In this document: positions 1 through 9,684 of the stretch, one piece after another
How the letters are laid out: every line of letters begins with the position of its first letter
Numbering within the stretch: position 1 is the stretch's first letter
Assembly (NCBI GenBank): GCA_965248575.1
Contig: CBDFJQ010000002.1
Coordinates: 5,223,174-5,287,173 of the forward strand
Direction: 5' to 3'
Length of the DNA: 64,000 bases
Origin: Planctomycetota bacterium
Lineage (GTDB): Bacteria > Planctomycetota > B15-G4
Position numbers and translations under genes: made by a program
The notes under the pieces: generated by a model
Told to the model about the DNA's origin: nothing
The model's input: only the letters and a program-made list of their open reading frames with translations
Databases searched by the model: none

Positions 1-1
1 C

Positions 2-655
2 TTCTTCAACATCGCCAAGGAGACCAACGCCAGGCAGCAGTTCGCGCGCATCGCGACCCTGTTCTGTGGGGTTGCGGGTTGCATGGGCTTCGCCATCACC
101 ATGATGGGCCCCACCTTGACGCGGCTTTTTGACACGAGCGCCAACGACGAGTTCGCTGGAGCGGCGGGCCCCATCGGCGTCCTCACCGTGGGCTACGCGC
201 TCTTCGGCCTGAACGAGGTGGCCCGGGTCGGGTTCCAGATCACGGGCCGCACCCAGCGCACGGCATTGTCCATGGTCCTGGCGGCGGTGCTCAACTTGGG
301 CTTGAATGCCCTGCTCATTCCAGAATACGGAGCCATGGGGGCTGCCTGGGCCACCATGGCCTCCTATGGCGCTGCCGTGGTGTTCTCGCTCTGGCTGTCC
401 CGTTCCATCTATCCCCAACGATGGGAGTACGGGCGACTGGCGCATGTCCTCCTGGTGTTTGTGGGCGGCGCTTGGGCCGTGAATCTCTGGGGGCCATCGG
501 ACGACAGCCTGGCAGGGTTCTGGACCCGCGTGGGGGCCTCCCTGCTGGCGCCTCTGTTGCTGCTGGGGACGGGCTTTCTGACACGGGCGGAGATCACCCA
601 GCTGCGCGGCATCCTGACCGAACGGCTGGCGCGTTGGCGCCCCCGCTCCAGCTGA
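2..655 (+). CDS. Polysaccharide/O-antigen flippase (Wzx/MOP family), 5'-truncated by the window edge
   Basis: Frame is open from position 2. Multiple TM helices and the C-terminal LNLGLNALLIPEYGAMGAAWAT segment typical of polysaccharide biosynthesis/export proteins. Confidence 0.75.
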   Translation, partial: FFNIAKETNARQQFARIATLFCGVAGCMGFAITMMGPTLTRLFDTSANDEFAGAAGPIGVLTVGYALFGLNEVARVGFQITGRTQRTALSMVLAAVLNLGLNALLIPEYGAMGAAWATMASYGAAVVFSLWLSRSIYPQRWEYGRLAHVLLVFVGGAWAVNLWGPSDDSLAGFWTRVGASLLAPLLLLGTGFLTRAEITQLRGILTERLARWRPRSS

Positions 656-755
656 GCGATCGCGTTCGCGAAGGAGCGCGCCACCGCACCAAAAGGGGGG
701 CGTATGGGTTGCTGCCGTAGGTTGCCTATGATGCGCGGCTACTCGGGAGCTGCTC

Positions 756-1709
756 ATGCCGATTCTTCGTCGCGCCTTGCCTTTGATGTTGCTGCTCGGA
801 CTGGCGGCGTGCATTGCGCCGCGCTTGGATCAGCCTGGCAAGCTGCGCCTGCCCCAGGTCCCGCTGGACCCGTGGTTGTCGTGGATCTACGACTACGACC
901 GCTCTGAGGACGGCAGCTCTTTGGAGTGGTCAGCGCTGCTTTGGAGCATCGGTCACTCCCGGGAGAACGAGACGACGTCGACGCGGGTGTTCCCCTTCTG
1001 GTGGAGTACCAAGGACCCACCCTACGGTACGTCGACGCTCTTGTTTCCCCTGTACTACGACAGGACGACGCCCGCCCAACAGACGCGCTTCTACTCCCTG
1101 CTCTATGGCTACCAGGACTCAGAGCACGCACGAACGGATTGGATCCTGCCGCCCATCTTCAACTGGCGTCGCAGCAAGTCGGCCGATGTCTGGGGCTCCT
1201 CGACGCTCCTGATCTACGACTGGCAGCACAAGCTGGGCAGGACGGACGTCTCGATCCTGCCGTTGCTGGGCTTGGCGCACCTCTTCCAAGGCGAGTTCGG
1301 CCTGCCGCCTGAGGGCGAGTTCGTGGGAGCGCTGGGCAGGAGCGCGAGCCGTCGTTTCGAGCTGCTCAACATCCTCGGCATCGTGTCGCTCTTCGGTTAC
1401 GACGATGTGGGAGATCGGCGGGAGCTGCGCTTGGCGACCTTGTTCAGCAACGAGATGTTGTCGCCGATCCGATCCTGGCGCGGCCGAGGTGACGACCCCT
1501 TCGTGCGGGAGTGGTTGTTCCCGCTCTACATGAACGTCCAGGACGAGGAAGACGGCTGGATGTACGTTGGACCGTTGTGGGGCACGCGCGAGAACCGTGT
1601 GGAGGATGTCGAGATCCAGTGGTGGTTGCTGGGGCTCGTGTCCCGGCGAGAGTCCCCCGCAGGAGTCAGTTGGAGCCTCGCCGGCCTCACCGTCAGCGGA
1701 CCTGAGTAG
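756..1709 (+). CDS. Hypothetical lipoprotein with short aromatic (W/Y/F-rich) repeats
   Basis: Basic N-terminus, hydrophobic stretch and lipobox LAAC. Recurrent motifs VFPFWW, LFPLYY, ILPPIFNW, LFPLYM, VGPLWG, WWLLGL. Confidence 0.65.
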   Translation: MPILRRALPLMLLLGLAACIAPRLDQPGKLRLPQVPLDPWLSWIYDYDRSEDGSSLEWSALLWSIGHSRENETTSTRVFPFWWSTKDPPYGTSTLLFPLYYDRTTPAQQTRFYSLLYGYQDSEHARTDWILPPIFNWRRSKSADVWGSSTLLIYDWQHKLGRTDVSILPLLGLAHLFQGEFGLPPEGEFVGALGRSASRRFELLNILGIVSLFGYDDVGDRRELRLATLFSNEMLSPIRSWRGRGDDPFVREWLFPLYMNVQDEEDGWMYVGPLWGTRENRVEDVEIQWWLLGLVSRRESPAGVSWSLAGLTVSGPE

Positions 1710-1763
1710 GTCCATCCCTGGCGACATCGGAGAGCCCTTGGAGGCCCCGGGGAAGCTCGCTGA

Positions 1764-4370
1764 CTAGGAGTCCGCTTCGAGTCGGGCGAGTTCTCGTTCC
1801 GCCCCTTCGTGGCCCGGTATCAGGGCCAGGACGGCGTGGTACAGCGAGATGGCCTCGGGCCGATCGCCGGACGATTCCATCATCTCTGCGAGGGCGACGC
1901 GCAAGCGGGTCGAACGGAAGTCCCGTTCCAAAGCCTCCCGAAGCCAGGCTTCTGCTTCCTCGGGCCGATCGTCGGTCAGCAGCCGCTCCATACGCTTGAG
2001 GACGAGCCCTTCCAGATAGGGCCAGTCCGGGGCGGATCGAAAGGCCTCGAGCAGGAAGTCTTCGTCGCTCTCGGTCTGGGCCCCGAGTGTCAGGCTTTCG
2101 AAGGGCTGTGCCAGGAAGCCCTGCCGCACCAGGGAGAACTTGGCGGCCTGGAAGAGCGTGCTCCAGGATTCATGGATGGCACGCGACTGGGCCACGGCGA
2201 TGCCCTCCAGGTGCTCGGGGACGCGCGTCCATTGCATGGGGTTGGCACGGTTCTCCGTGAACAACTCGCTTGTTGCCAGGAGCGTTTCGGGGTTTGCCAG
2301 TCGTCGACGACCACCGCGCGCACCCAAGGTCGCTCGTTCATCCCGGAGTGCGAGTGCGTGCGGTGCCATCAGGTCGACCACTCCCGGCGCAGGCCCGATC
2401 AGGCAGGCCACGAGCAGCGGGTCCAAGCCCACCCTCTCCATCTCCCGCTTGAGATGCCGACTGCTCCCGATGAGTTCGCCGATGACCTGTGGTCGCACGG
2501 TGATCTCGCGTCGCGCACCCAGGATCCCGATCAGGGGGCGCCGGGATTGGGGGTGATCCAAGACCAGCGTCGTGGAGGCGAAAACGGCGTTGGCGGACGC
2601 GAGCGCTGCGCGGAAGTCGTCGGGATGAACGAATGCAGGGTCCCACCACTGGCACATCATGCCGTCGGCGGTGAGCACGGCTTGCACCGCTGCATAGAAC
2701 TCGACCGTGCTGGTCAGGCCCATCCGCCGACGCACCCGTGGGTCCGGCATCAACGCCACCACTTCGTAGGGTGAGAACTCGCCGAGCTCCAGGGCGTGCC
2801 GTTGAGAGGCGAGGAACATGCGCTCGCTGCCAAGCGGGCGACGCCGCCCTGGGGGTTCGGGTGTCAGCGCCCGCACTCCGGGGATGGACAGGGGTCTGAG
2901 CCAATCCAGCTGTTCGGGCCCGTGCTCCAGCGCCGCCCCTTCCGATTCGCCGCTGTCGGTCGCCACGACCAGGACATGCGCCGGGTTGCCTTGGAGCACG
3001 AGGGGGACGTGGACCAGGCGGTGCTCCTGGAGCGGATGTCGGGCCAGGGAAGCGACCCCATCGATGGAGATGCGGTTGCGACCGTCGACCGGGTCGCGAA
3101 GCCAACCGGCCTCGCCGTCCGCCATGAACTCACGGAGTTCCACCGGCCAGGCCAGGGTTTCCCTGGGGATGTTCTCGAGCAGGGCCAGGCGCACGTCGTG
3201 TGTCCCCGCCGGGTAGGGCACCCAGCAGACACCCAGCGCCAGGACGACGCTCAGTGCGGCGCGCATGGGGCGCACGCGGGAGACCAGCGCGACGATCAGC
3301 AGGCCGATCCCCAGGGCGGCGAATGTCCAAGTCGCCCCCAGTCGGGGAAGTGCGAGCCAACCCACGAGGGGCGTGGCGAGCAGCATCAGGGCGGGCACCA
3401 GGCTCATGGGCACGCCCTTGCCACGCTGGCCCAGCAGGGCTCCCATCCACAACCCCAGAGGGACCGCGAACCAAGCCAGGCGGGTCAGCGACAGCTCCAG
3501 CCCCAGAGTAGGAAGCATGCGCGCTTCGGCGGGGCTGGTCAGGGCCCACGCTGCAGCCAGGGGGACGAGCCCGTCCATGACATGGGTCTTGAGCATGCCG
3601 GACAGCGACGAGCCCACGACTGCGGCCAGGCACATGGCAGATGCAAGCCACGCCACGTCGTTGCTACCGAGGTCTATGTGAACCCGGGAGAGCTGGTCGC
3701 CGAGCGCCGCCATGGCTCCCAGCAACACGAGGCAGGCGGCATGGCCACGGGGGAGTCGTGCTGCGGAACACGTCCACGGCGCCCTCCTGAGCAGTGAGAT
3801 GCCGGTCGCTGCGGACAGAACGAGGGCGGCGGACAGGAGGTCCCGTCGGCCCAGCCACTCCTCGGCCAGGATGGGTGTGAGCGCGAGGGCGGCGCTGGCG
3901 CCAAGCAAGGTGAGGGAGATGTCGCGGCGCCCCCCTGCTCCGAAGGCGAGACCCAGCAAGGCGCCCAGGGGCAGTGCCACGGCCGCCGACGCAGCGCCGA
4001 CATGGGCCACGATCATGAGCGCATAGGGGAGCTGGCTTTCGCCGCGGGCCAAGCTGCTCACGAGCGCATGGTGCAGCGGGTCGAGCAGCATCAGGCACGC
4101 GCCGCCGCCCACCAACAGGCTTCCGCCCACCAGCAGGATGAGCGTCCCGTCCACGCGTCGGGTTCTCCAGGTACTCGCCCACCAACCCGCGGCTAGTAGG
4201 AGCGCCACGGTGGCCAGGCCCACGGCTCGCGGAGGCGTTCGGTCGAGCTCCGGAAGCAGGACGGCATCCGGCAGGATCGCCAGGGCCCAGGCTGCGCAGG
4301 CACCAAGCAAGGCGAGCGCAAAGCCCGGGGGATTCGGCGCAGTCTCGGCGGGCTCGGATGCTTCCTTCAC
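1764..4370 (-). CDS. Membrane-bound spermidine synthase-like protein (multi-TM N-terminus, degenerate SAM-binding fold, C-terminal TPR)
   Basis: About 12 hydrophobic helices, then RISIDG...HRLVHVP...HVLVV, STVEFY...L..DG.MCQW as in fused MFS/spermidine-synthase proteins. Ends in TPR-like helices (AEAWLREALERD, AISLYHAVLALIPGH). Confidence 0.6.
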   Translation of the reverse strand: MKEASEPAETAPNPPGFALALLGACAAWALAILPDAVLLPELDRTPPRAVGLATVALLLAAGWWASTWRTRRVDGTLILLVGGSLLVGGGACLMLLDPLHHALVSSLARGESQLPYALMIVAHVGAASAAVALPLGALLGLAFGAGGRRDISLTLLGASAALALTPILAEEWLGRRDLLSAALVLSAATGISLLRRAPWTCSAARLPRGHAACLVLLGAMAALGDQLSRVHIDLGSNDVAWLASAMCLAAVVGSSLSGMLKTHVMDGLVPLAAAWALTSPAEARMLPTLGLELSLTRLAWFAVPLGLWMGALLGQRGKGVPMSLVPALMLLATPLVGWLALPRLGATWTFAALGIGLLIVALVSRVRPMRAALSVVLALGVCWVPYPAGTHDVRLALLENIPRETLAWPVELREFMADGEAGWLRDPVDGRNRISIDGVASLARHPLQEHRLVHVPLVLQGNPAHVLVVATDSGESEGAALEHGPEQLDWLRPLSIPGVRALTPEPPGRRRPLGSERMFLASQRHALELGEFSPYEVVALMPDPRVRRRMGLTSTVEFYAAVQAVLTADGMMCQWWDPAFVHPDDFRAALASANAVFASTTLVLDHPQSRRPLIGILGARREITVRPQVIGELIGSSRHLKREMERVGLDPLLVACLIGPAPGVVDLMAPHALALRDERATLGARGGRRRLANPETLLATSELFTENRANPMQWTRVPEHLEGIAVAQSRAIHESWSTLFQAAKFSLVRQGFLAQPFESLTLGAQTESDEDFLLEAFRSAPDWPYLEGLVLKRMERLLTDDRPEEAEAWLREALERDFRSTRLRVALAEMMESSGDRPEAISLYHAVLALIPGHEGAERELARLEADS

Positions 4371-4378
4371 AGGCTGGG

Positions 4379-5122
4379 TCAGGACTCCGCAGGCGGTTTG
4401 GCATCGCGGTGGACTACCGCCTTCACGCCCAGGATATCGGCGATGCGGTCATCGATGGCACCAATACGTGCGACGTGGTCGAGGACGATGGGATGCCGCT
4501 CGTGCGGCGTCGTCAGGATGATCGAACCCGTGCCGAGCAGCAGGCGTTCGAGCAGGTCGGGAATGGTCTTGTCCCAGCGCATGTCTTCGGTGCTGTAGCG
4601 CTTCATCTTCGGGAAGATGCCGTAGCGGTGGACCACTTCGTTGGGGCGGAACTCCCAATAGTCGAAGCGCGTGTTGAGCCAGACGAAGAAGAAGACCCCG
4701 AGGAAGCCGCTCGCCATCATGCGATAGAAGGTCTTGTTCATGACCGGGCTGAGTTCGGTGAACCAATGGCTCACGGAACCGAGCACGCCGAGGTAGAGCA
4801 GCCCGAGCATCAAGGCCAGGCTCCCCAGTACCAGGATCAGCGATCGGTCCTCGTTGAAGTCGAAGGAGATGACCAGCGTGTTGAAGAAGAAGACGCCCAT
4901 CCAGATCAGGCCCATGGTGGAGCCGGGTTCGCCGGGCCACAGGCCGAAGAGGATGGACACCAACCCGCTCAGGTAGAAGAACACCACTTTGGGCAAGGGC
5001 CGCACGACGACCCGGTATTGGCCAGTCACCTCGGTGGCATCGGGAATGGGTTGGCTCATGGCGGCTGCTCCGTCGGTCGGTTCATTCTGCGAATCTGGGC
5101 AGCTGATTGGTTCTGGCATCAT
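4379..5122 (-). CDS. Hypothetical membrane protein with C-terminal bacterial PH-like domain (start may be 5059)
   Basis: Four TM helices followed by YWEFRPNEVVHRYGIF...LLERLLLGTGSIIL, resembling bPH domains. Strong GC3 codon bias. Confidence 0.6.
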   Translation of the reverse strand: MMPEPISCPDSQNEPTDGAAAMSQPIPDATEVTGQYRVVVRPLPKVVFFYLSGLVSILFGLWPGEPGSTMGLIWMGVFFFNTLVISFDFNEDRSLILVLGSLALMLGLLYLGVLGSVSHWFTELSPVMNKTFYRMMASGFLGVFFFVWLNTRFDYWEFRPNEVVHRYGIFPKMKRYSTEDMRWDKTIPDLLERLLLGTGSIILTTPHERHPIVLDHVARIGAIDDRIADILGVKAVVHRDAKPPAES

Positions 5123-5166
5123 TCAGATTTCTGCGCTCAGCGGCCCGCACAGCCCATGCTCAGGGC

Positions 5167-6756
5167 TCAAGCATCCACGGCACCGCAGAGAATGGCGGCC
5201 TGGCGACGCAATTCGGGTGGGACGCTGACGCCGGTGAACACCTCCGCTTGCCTCCGGGCTTGCAAGCCGAAGAAGAACTCGCCCTTCAGAAGGGGGACAC
5301 CTGCGTCCATCGCAGCGGCACGGAAGGGCGAGTGGGACGAACCATAGGTCAGGTCCAGGGCTATTGCGCCTTGCCGGAAGTTGCCTGGGCCAAAGTCGTC
5401 CAGCTCGACGGTGTCCGCACCAGGCATGCCCACCGGTGTGGCGTTGACGATGATGTCGGCCGGCACATGGGACGGTTCGGGGACGGCGACCGCGGGGATG
5501 GAGTCCGCCAGCTTGGCTGCGAGGTCCCGGGCATGACTGAGGCGTCGTGACCACACGGCGAGCTCGACGTCCTCTTCGAACAAGGCCGCGGCCAAGGCGC
5601 GGGCTGCGCCGCCTGAACCCAACAAGAGCACCTTGGGAACCGGGTCATCGGGCAGGCGCTTGGTCCGGGAGCCACCGGCGGTGCGCCAGCAACTCGCCAT
5701 GAGGTCATTGACCCACTCCCGAGGAGAGGCCTGGGCACGGCGGCCCTTGAGCCAGGCGTCGAGCAGCTTTGGAAGCAGGTCGTTGGCAGCCTTCCAGTCG
5801 GTGTTGCGCGTCTGCCAACCGGCGGGGGTGCGCACCAGGGTGTTGCCGGCCGCCGTCCCACGCGCCCCGGGGAGCACGGAGTGTGCCAGCTCCACGGCGT
5901 CCTGCTTGAACGGGTGCGTGACGGCCATCCCGTCCAGGCGCAGGACCTCAGCCAGCTTCATGAGTGGTGCGAGCTGTTCCAGGTCCATGGGCACCAGGCG
6001 CGCGCTCTGGGCCACGCCCCTGAACACGGTGTTGTGGTACGTGGGGGACATGCTGTGCGACACGGGCCGACCGACGACGGCATAGAAGCGCGTGTCGGGG
6101 GGCAGGCTCGAGACGTTGTGCACGTGGTGCAGGCGATCGACTGAGGGCTGGTTGGGGTGGCCGGGTGCGTCCGCATGCGCCGCGCCGTATGTCAGGGGGC
6201 TGCCGCGAGCCGCAGCCATGACCCGGCCTGCCTCGGCCAATCGACCTGTGGGAACGATGGCCAAGGCCTCGCCATACTCCGCTTGGATGTCGAGCAAGGC
6301 GCTGAGTTGCTTGGGGTTCTCAGCCGGCACAGCCAGCTTCGCGAAGTCCGTGCTGTGAGCCACCAGTCGACCTGCCAGGGCTTCCAGGCGGGGGACGAAG
6401 CGCGAGAGATGGCAGCTGGCGATGCGCTTGCCCGGCAGACCCGAGGGCAGTTGATCGAGGCAATTGTCTTCGATGTCGATGAGGTCGGCGCCTGCTTCCG
6501 CGGCGGCCACCAGCAGCGCGATGCGATCGGTCTCCTCGCCCTCGAACAAGCCGCCTTGCTGGGGCGCGCGACAGGTGGCGATCACCGGAGCCGTGCGAGG
6601 CAGGGCCATGACGTCCTGGACCGCCTTCGGAGAGGGTTTCTTCAGGGCATCAAAGCGCAACTCCACGTAGTCCACGCCGTCCATCGGGTGATGCAGCAGT
6701 TCAGCCGCCGAATGGACGTCTGTCACCAGGACGGTGGCGACGAGGCGTGTGCTCAT
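5167..6756 (-). CDS. aroDE: Bifunctional type I 3-dehydroquinate dehydratase / shikimate dehydrogenase (AroD-AroE fusion)
   Basis: N-half: VELRFD, IATCR...GG.F.G, DLIDIE, SCH, FAKLAV. C-half: GRPVSHSMSP, VTHPFK, GNT, NTD, GSGGAARA, VNATPVGM, DLTY. Confidence 0.9.
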   Translation of the reverse strand: MSTRLVATVLVTDVHSAAELLHHPMDGVDYVELRFDALKKPSPKAVQDVMALPRTAPVIATCRAPQQGGLFEGEETDRIALLVAAAEAGADLIDIEDNCLDQLPSGLPGKRIASCHLSRFVPRLEALAGRLVAHSTDFAKLAVPAENPKQLSALLDIQAEYGEALAIVPTGRLAEAGRVMAAARGSPLTYGAAHADAPGHPNQPSVDRLHHVHNVSSLPPDTRFYAVVGRPVSHSMSPTYHNTVFRGVAQSARLVPMDLEQLAPLMKLAEVLRLDGMAVTHPFKQDAVELAHSVLPGARGTAAGNTLVRTPAGWQTRNTDWKAANDLLPKLLDAWLKGRRAQASPREWVNDLMASCWRTAGGSRTKRLPDDPVPKVLLLGSGGAARALAAALFEEDVELAVWSRRLSHARDLAAKLADSIPAVAVPEPSHVPADIIVNATPVGMPGADTVELDDFGPGNFRQGAIALDLTYGSSHSPFRAAAMDAGVPLLKGEFFFGLQARRQAEVFTGVSVPPELRRQAAILCGAVDA

Positions 6757-7739
6757 GGAGTGTCTCCGTGCAGGGTGGCGGCGATCCTGGCTGCCAGTCG
6801 TGGGTCGAGGTTCCGCTCGCGGCTGGCCAGCGCCAGGGCTCGTTGGGCAAGAGAGCGGTAGGCGGCGTCGACGTCGGCCGAACAGTCCTTCGTTGCGCGC
6901 ATGTGTTGTTCCACGACTTCGGCATCTCCTCGCACGACGGGGCCCGTCAACGCCTGGCCGGGGGAGTGCTGAGCCAGGTTTTCCACGGTACCGGACAGAA
7001 GCGGAAGGAGAGCAGCCCGTCCTTGCTCCCGGTCGAGTCCGGCGGCTTCCAGGAGATCCAACGCCTGGTCAACCAGTGCCACCAAGTGGTTGCAGGCGTG
7101 GGCAGCCGCTGCGTGCCAGGCGACACGCCCTCCGGCCTTGAGCGGGAAGGCCGTCGCGCCAGTGCGTTGGGTCCAGTCCTGCGTCAGGGCCCGCGCCGCG
7201 GGGTCGCCGTCCAAGGCACAGACCACGCCGTGGAGCGGGCCAGTGGCCGGAGACTCGGATGGCGAAGAGCCCCCCTCGTCGCGGTGGGCCGTTGCGGACT
7301 CGGGCGGGGCCACGAAACTCTTCAAGGGATGCAGGCTGCCGATGGCCAGGCCACGGTCTTGGAGGGGGCTGAGAACCTCCAAGGGCGCTGCTCCTGAGAG
7401 GTGCACAACCACGGAGCCTGGGGGCCAGCTCGCCTCAGCCAACTGGCGCGCGGTGCTCTCGATGGCACGGTCGGGCACGGCAATCAGCAGGGCGCAGGGG
7501 CTGCGGGTGGCCGGATCCATCTGGTCGTCCCGGGACGGCTGGGCCTGTCGCTCTGCCTGGTGCGCGGCTGCGGGGAGCTGATCCAGGCTGCAGGGGGTTC
7601 CTGCGCCGATCTGGGCGCAGCGCAGGTTGGCGCGCTCGAGGGTGCGGCAGGCCACGGCCCCCAACTCCAAGCCAGCGAGGCGCAGGGCCCGGCCGACAGC
7701 GCTTCCAGCAGCGCCAGCACCCGCGATATGGACGATCAT
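6753..7739 (-). CDS. Rossmann-like + DUF2520 protein (PanG-type ketopantoate reductase candidate)
   Basis: GAGAAG nucleotide-binding loop, IAVPD, HLSGA, SLHPLKSF, WHAAAAHACN, ALTGPVVRGD are all DUF2520-family motifs. Clustered with panC and panD. Confidence 0.8.
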   Translation of the reverse strand: MIVHIAGAGAAGSAVGRALRLAGLELGAVACRTLERANLRCAQIGAGTPCSLDQLPAAAHQAERQAQPSRDDQMDPATRSPCALLIAVPDRAIESTARQLAEASWPPGSVVVHLSGAAPLEVLSPLQDRGLAIGSLHPLKSFVAPPESATAHRDEGGSSPSESPATGPLHGVVCALDGDPAARALTQDWTQRTGATAFPLKAGGRVAWHAAAAHACNHLVALVDQALDLLEAAGLDREQGRAALLPLLSGTVENLAQHSPGQALTGPVVRGDAEVVEQHMRATKDCSADVDAAYRSLAQRALALASRERNLDPRLAARIAATLHGDTP

Positions 7740-7749
7740 GCGCCGCAGT

Positions 7750-8244
7750 CTACTCGGCGGAGAGGGCGTCGCTCTCGCTCTCTGCCGTCGGTCGTTTGGC
7801 GGGGCGAGGGGGCCGCGCGGCCAAGAACTCGATCACATCATCCAGGTCAGGCGCGACGTAGCCCGGCTCCAGGGCCCGCTCCTGCTCCTGGCGGTAGGCC
7901 TGGATGACCGATTGCTCAACCGATGTCCGGCACTTCTGGTTGATGGGGTGTGCGATATCGACATACAGCCGTGGCCGACCACGTCCATCTTCGACGGCCT
8001 TCAGGTGGTCCACCTTCTCGCCGCAACCGTTGCAGAAGCTCGCCCGCAGGTGGTTCTTCTCACGGCAACGCGGGCAACGCCCGGTGACCTTGCGGCTGGG
8101 CATGGCGACAAACGGACCCTTCGGCCCTTCAATGACTTTCACGTCGCGAACCACGAACGCGTCATCGAGCGTGACGGTGCAAAACGCCAACAGACGCTCT
8201 TGGGCGTCATCAGCGAGCTTGACCCGGATCTCGGTGATCTCCAC
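7750..8244 (-). CDS. spoVG: SpoVG family nucleic-acid-binding protein with CxxC..CxxC insertion
   Basis: MEITEIRV, VTLDDAFVVRDVKVIEG..G.FVAMPSRK, DIAHPIN...R. GTG start. Confidence 0.9.
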   Translation of the reverse strand: MEITEIRVKLADDAQERLLAFCTVTLDDAFVVRDVKVIEGPKGPFVAMPSRKVTGRCPRCREKNHLRASFCNGCGEKVDHLKAVEDGRGRPRLYVDIAHPINQKCRTSVEQSVIQAYRQEQERALEPGYVAPDLDDVIEFLAARPPRPAKRPTAESESDALSAE

Positions 8245-8322
8245 TGCGGCGTCTCCGTCGATTCAGGTCATGTTCCTCAAACACAACCTGCGACGGATGA
8301 TCCATCTTCGATTCGCTGATCG

Positions 8323-9267
8323 TTAGCGCTTTCTCGAACGATGTCTCACAAAACGCATGGACGTTCGTCGACATGCCAATGCGTCCGACGGTGGTTCCGA
8401 ACCGTACAGGAACAACGTCGACCCACTTCCGGAGAGATGCACGCCGGGCAGCGCGAGAAGATCAACCAACTCTGATCTGATGTGCTGGCTCGGCGCTTCC
8501 AAGTCGTTGCGGTAGAGCGCGTCGAGGTCGGCGGGGGTGGCGTCCGCCAAGCGCTCCTGCCACGCGTCGATCAGGGCGCTTCGCCGACGGCTGTCGTCTG
8601 CCTCCAGGAGTGGAGCAGCGGAGAGTGCGCCGTAGACGGACGGGGTCGGCACCGGGAAACCCGGGAAGCCCAGGAACACGTCGAAGGGGGCAGGCTCGGC
8701 CAAGGGCTGGACGAGTTCTCCGCGCCCCAGGCACAGGGCGGTGCCGCCCACCAGGAAGAAGGGCACATCGCTGCCCAGGGCTGCCGCCAGGGGCTGCAAT
8801 GCGGGGCGCTGCCCCTCGGCTCCCAGCTGTTGGCCCATGAGTTGGTCCAGGCCGAGCAGTACGCTCGCCGCATCGCTGGAGCCGCCGCCCAGGCCGGCCC
8901 CGGCAGGGATCTTTTTCTCCAGCTTCAGATCGATGCCGACGGCATCCACCAGCCCTGCTGCGTGCAGCCAACGGTCCGCAGCCTGCACGGCGATGTTGTG
9001 CTCGTCGCCGGGCACGACCGCCGAGGTGGGGCTGGGTCCGTCGGCATCCGGCTGATCGAGGGCCTGGAGCTCAAAACGGATGTCGGCAGAGCTGGGCCGA
9101 AGCTGCTTGTCGCGAGGCCGGATGGAGAGCTCGATCTGATCGGCGAGATCGAGGGTCTGAAGAACCGTCGTCAGCTCGTGGAAACCGTCTTTCCTGCGCC
9201 CCACCACCTCGAGGTAGAGATTGATCTTGGCCGGGGCTTCGAGACGCAGGCGACGGGCCTCGGTCAT
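8323..9267 (-). CDS. ispE: 4-diphosphocytidyl-2-C-methyl-D-erythritol kinase
   Basis: APAKINLYL, GFHEL.T, KKIPAGAGLGGGSSDAA, LGSDVPFF, GRGE, NDLE, LSGSGST. Confidence 0.95.
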   Translation of the reverse strand: MTEARRLRLEAPAKINLYLEVVGRRKDGFHELTTVLQTLDLADQIELSIRPRDKQLRPSSADIRFELQALDQPDADGPSPTSAVVPGDEHNIAVQAADRWLHAAGLVDAVGIDLKLEKKIPAGAGLGGGSSDAASVLLGLDQLMGQQLGAEGQRPALQPLAAALGSDVPFFLVGGTALCLGRGELVQPLAEPAPFDVFLGFPGFPVPTPSVYGALSAAPLLEADDSRRRSALIDAWQERLADATPADLDALYRNDLEAPSQHIRSELVDLLALPGVHLSGSGSTLFLYGSEPPSDALACRRTSMRFVRHRSRKR

Positions 9268-9614
9268 GCGCTCGGCTGGTTGTCCGCGTCCAGCAGGACG
9301 ACCGTCGGCTCGAAGCCCCGTGCCTCTTGGTCTTCGAGCATGCAGTAGGAGATGACCAGGATCGTGTCGCCCGTCTCCACGCAGCGTGCCGCGCCGCCGT
9401 TGGCACCCATGACACCCGAACCCGCCTTGCCCTCGAGGATGTATGTCTCGAATCGCTGGCCGTTGTTGAGGTTCACCACCTGCACCTTTTCGTTGGGCAG
9501 GAGGTCCGCCATCTCCATGAGATTGCGGTCCACTTCAAGGCTGCCGCGGTACGCCAGGTTGGCGTGCGTCACGGTGGCGCCGTGGAGCTTGGACTTCATC
9601 ATGAAGCGCTGCAT
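9264..9614 (-). CDS. panD: Aspartate 1-decarboxylase proenzyme
   Basis: MQRFMMKSKLHGATVT..NL.Y.GS (pyruvoyl cleavage site), NG.RFETY, NGGAAR. ATG at 9614 chosen over the longer ORF-track start. Confidence 0.95.
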   Translation of the reverse strand: MQRFMMKSKLHGATVTHANLAYRGSLEVDRNLMEMADLLPNEKVQVVNLNNGQRFETYILEGKAGSGVMGANGGAARCVETGDTILVISYCMLEDQEARGFEPTVVLLDADNQPSA

Positions 9615-9684
9615 GAAGAGTGCCTGCGGGAAGAGGCCGGTCTGAAAGCCTCCTGGGCGCGCGCGGCGAGCAGGAGGGGTGTCC

